Source of the DNA: Saccostrea cucullata
Taxonomy: Eukaryota
Assembly (NCBI RefSeq): GCF_032062105.1
Contig: NW_026928692.1
Span: forward strand, 248,001 to 312,000
Reading direction: 5' to 3'
Length of the DNA: 64,000 nucleotides
Each line of letters opens with the position of its first letter. Position 1 is the first letter of the stretch. Position numbers and translations under genes: made by a program. A model generated the notes under the pieces. The model saw only the letters and a program-made list of their open reading frames with translations, searched no databases and was not told the DNA's origin. This document shows, piece by piece, positions 61,601-64,000 of this stretch.

Positions 61601-63866
61601 TCCATAATAGTAAATAAGCAGTAAAAGTATCTAGTAACAAACGAAATAGCCTACAGAGATCTTTCTGTGGTAGATTGATGGATTCCTCAAACTTCTTGTG
61701 ACTGTGGATGACAGACTCCGTGACCGTGGGTCCCACTATGTCCGGCAGGGCATGAAATCCTGGCTTGGCCATTAACTTCTGTAACTCAGACTCTTCCAGC
61801 TGTTGACAGATCTGTTGAACCACTCTACAATAAGAGGAGACTGATAAATGGATGGATTCCCTATTGGTAAGACATACCACCAGATGTATCATGTTAATTT
61901 TTCACAAATGTCTTTAGCTAAAATATGGTATATTTTAAAAGAAAGGGGGAAATTATTATTTCCTTAGATGTGCTATCCATTCAAGTTTCGTAAAAAATAG
62001 GACCTATACATATACATATAGTTACACTTGGCTTTGCATTACTCAATATTGATACTTTTTGGAGATAGTACCAAACCCTATTTACTACCTCAGAAGTACT
62101 GATCACTTACTGTTTTGGTAAGATCTGGGTGTCAATAGCTGCCAGTGAGATAAAGTTCTCCAGAGCCAGGATCAGTTTGTTACAGGCAAGGTAGAACATT
62201 CCCAGTAAGTAGATGTAGGAGGCCCGCTCCTGGAAATGCTGGCTTTTCTGGTGAAATAAAATATACAGTAAACTTTATTAATGGTATCTAAAATACCATG
62301 GATATGGCAAAGTGAGTTTAAAGCTTCAACCTCTTTTTATCTCAAAGTTTTTCTTGACTTGTTGGCAGAATCTTTTTACAGTTTTGTTATAAGCTCCTAA
62401 TCGTACCTGTACAGCAATAGTCAGAAGTTTGATCGAGTCCTTCAGGTAATCTATTACTCGATTCCCAATGTCTGGCATCTTCAGTACTGGGGAATTCTGG
62501 GAGGAAAGAGCATTCATGGGAATGATAGCGATAGAATTCTGCTTCCGTAACTGGGGACGCCTGAATATATAAATCAAATTTGAAGTAATCTAAAATATTA
62601 AGAAAACAAATAATAAAAGAAGCATGCCTTAATAAAGCACACCAAACAGTGAAATGAGGAATCAGATACATGGATTATAATACATGTATCTAATATTAAA
62701 TTGTGTTTTCTGAACATTTATGGAAGATGTCAATGTCATATACTTGTAACCAAACAAGCAATCAGGAAAATTTTAAACTTCTTATGAATCTTTTTCAAGT
62801 TTTCTAAAAAGAATTCTTTCTTCATTAACATTTTACAGAAATACATTGCATCACTTTCTTAATTAGAGAAGGTGAATCCCTTCTGCTTACCTGCTTGGAA
62901 CGCTGGGTCCACTTTCCGAGATTTTAGCCTGCGGCCTTGTTTTGACCTCTAATTTGACCCAGTAGTCTGTTTTATCATTGATACGATCCTTAAGAAACTT
63001 TTTAAACATGCTTGTCTTCAGAACTTGCTCATAAAAGCTTTTCTCTGCTCCAGACTTAGAATCTAAATAAGCTTGTTTGTTAAATCTTTTAAATTCTACA
63101 CGAGTTTCTGTTACCACACTCCTGAAAAAAAAAAAAACCAAAATCAAGTACTAGATGAATACAGCTGTTAAAAAGATATATAACATTTTACTTTTAACTT
63201 TAGAAAAATTTATCTGTTTTTATTATTTATTTATTTATTCTTTTGCAATCTTAAACTGTTTGCCAAGAAAAGGGAGAATATAATTATCTCTATATAAATA
63301 TGCCAGCTATACAGTAACTTATCTTCACAGATAAACCATAAAAACAATCATATGCAAACAGACAGACCAACTATGGTAATCTACAGGTAAAGAGAATAAA
63401 CATACCTAAATAGATTAACCATGAGTTCTAAACATCCAGCAACAATGAACTCATTCAAAGCTTGAATTTTTCTTTTTCTGTATGCTCGCTCAGCTTTTAG
63501 GTCAAAATGACTTGGTCTGAAAATGACAAAAAATTAATTTAATGGAATTTCAATACAAGCATTAAGAGAACCAAAATATGCTGCCTTTAACCTTCACTTT
63601 TTCTACATATATTTTCAAAACCAACTATTCTCCTGTAAGTAATATTATGCTGACTACCTTTGTGTATCAACAAGGTCAAACTGGAACTTGGCTTTGCGGC
63701 AGACCTTGAGGAAGAGTTGTGCTGCACCGTCAGGGATTTCTGGGATATCCAGTAAGTCCTCGATACTGTCGCTGTCCACAGAAACGGAAGATCGGGAGTC
63801 CTCGGCTAACTCCGGGTTTATACTCAGTGACCCCTCGTCTATATCTACCACCACCAGACCTCCAAC
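43658..63866 (-). CDS. DENND3: DENN domain-containing protein 3-like (DENN/dDENN, PH-like, WD40), 3' 17 exons: 63866-63658, 63516-63406, 63121-62891, 62560-62407, 62247-62111, 61824-61655, 61452-61345, 61125-60951, 59686-59556, 59242-59080, 58716-58525, 58120-58002, 48621-48476, 46465-46325, 45907-45762, 45678-45553, 43873-43658; 5' end outside the window
   Basis: All introns [14 protein letters not shown] (DENN end), [26 protein letters not shown] (dDENN), [43 protein letters not shown] (motifs I recognise from DENND3), then WD40 repeats. Two exons are 1 nt out of phase (see findings). Confidence 0.85.
43937..45471. mobile_element. TA-ended MITE split by a nested Helentron-type element
   Basis: Imperfect TIRs tactgttaaagtggaaat / atttctgcttttacagta flank the 44118-45426 insertion. 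Confidence 0.55.
44118..45426 (+). mobile_element. non-autonomous Helentron-type (HINE) element in the last DENND3 intron
   Basis: acaagaggccc start, subterminal taggtcacctgagt, ~160-bp internal repeats (44630-44980), acgacg microsatellite, terminal hairpin taggtcacctgagt-tt-actcaggtgaccta at 45397-45426. Confidence 0.8.
46003..46236. mobile_element. TA-ended MITE related in structure to 42092-42269
   Basis: tactgta...tacagta ends and repeated ggttttaatttc(a/g)cg motifs. Confidence 0.55.
47237..48173 (+). mobile_element. decayed mariner-type element
   Basis: TIRs (ta)cgaggggtgatcaaaaagttcccaaacta / tagtttgcgaactttttgatcacccctca(ta); internal remnant WINRFSEGR resembles the mariner HTH region. 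Confidence 0.75.
49586..49736. repeat. 151-bp hairpin capped by GCGAAGC
   Basis: Arms attcaatgttttgtagttgaatatggaatttatttcac / gtgaaataaattccatattcaactacaaaacattgaat; centre cacgagtgcgaagcacgagtg. Confidence 0.85.
55039..55652. mobile_element. 614-bp foldback element (P/Galileo-like by termini and TSD)
   Basis: Ends cacaggggca / tgcccctgtg; ~300-bp arms; 10-nt loop; 7-bp direct repeat ACTGAAC at 55032-55038 and 55653-55659. Confidence 0.85.
58081..58310. repeat. 78-bp tandem repeat x3 containing a DENND3 splice acceptor and the first 40 nt of the exon
   Basis: Units start at 58081, 58159 and 58237. Confidence 0.9.
59016..59097. repeat. 41-bp tandem duplication containing a DENND3 exon end and donor
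   Basis: acctttcatta..ttaccc.tacctctgcagcagtg..tcc occurs twice. Confidence 0.85.
60161..61017. repeat. 75-bp minisatellite (~11.4 units) made of a DENND3 exon 3' end plus its 5' splice site
   Basis: Unit gaggatgttttaccttctgtctgtgagggccacccttcctgtaccatagtctgttttacataatgaggacatttt; the rightmost unit is coding ([21 protein letters not shown]). Confidence 0.95.
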
Positions 63867-64000
63867 CTAACAACAAAAAAATGTATATATAACGAGATTA
63901 TAGATAATCCAATAAAAAGTCTCAGTGGTCGGCATTAAATACTTAAAATAAAAAAGAAAAACACGAAAAACTTCAGTAAAGCTTTAGGCCTTTCATTCTA

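Overview
AT-rich eukaryotic DNA with spliceosomal introns, most likely a bivalve mollusc (oyster-like; inferred from the repeat families). Left to right: (1) the last four coding exons of a PDZD11-like gene (+). (2) A nested transposon pile: an old CR1/L2-type LINE interrupted by a satellite-bearing Helentron-type element and a Tc1 DD34E element. (3) A tandem array of five same-strand, intronless Cys-loop (nAChR-like) channel genes, four intact and one pseudogene. They keep a cation-type pore but have lost the canonical acetylcholine-binding residues, and are interspersed with Penelope-like retroelement fragments, a young RTE LINE, SINEs and a complete Gypsy/Mag-type LTR element with identical LTRs. 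(4) A two-exon Cys-rich family-B-like (Methuselah/adhesion-like) GPCR (+). (5) The 3' 17 exons of a DENND3-like gene (-), whose introns hold MITEs and a 614-bp foldback element, and which has tandem duplications across four of its splice junctions. The best candidate for an undescribed system is the orphan, ligand-site-remodelled Cys-loop receptor cluster, possibly a chemosensory repertoire. All calls were made by eye without database searches, and TE fragment boundaries are approximate.
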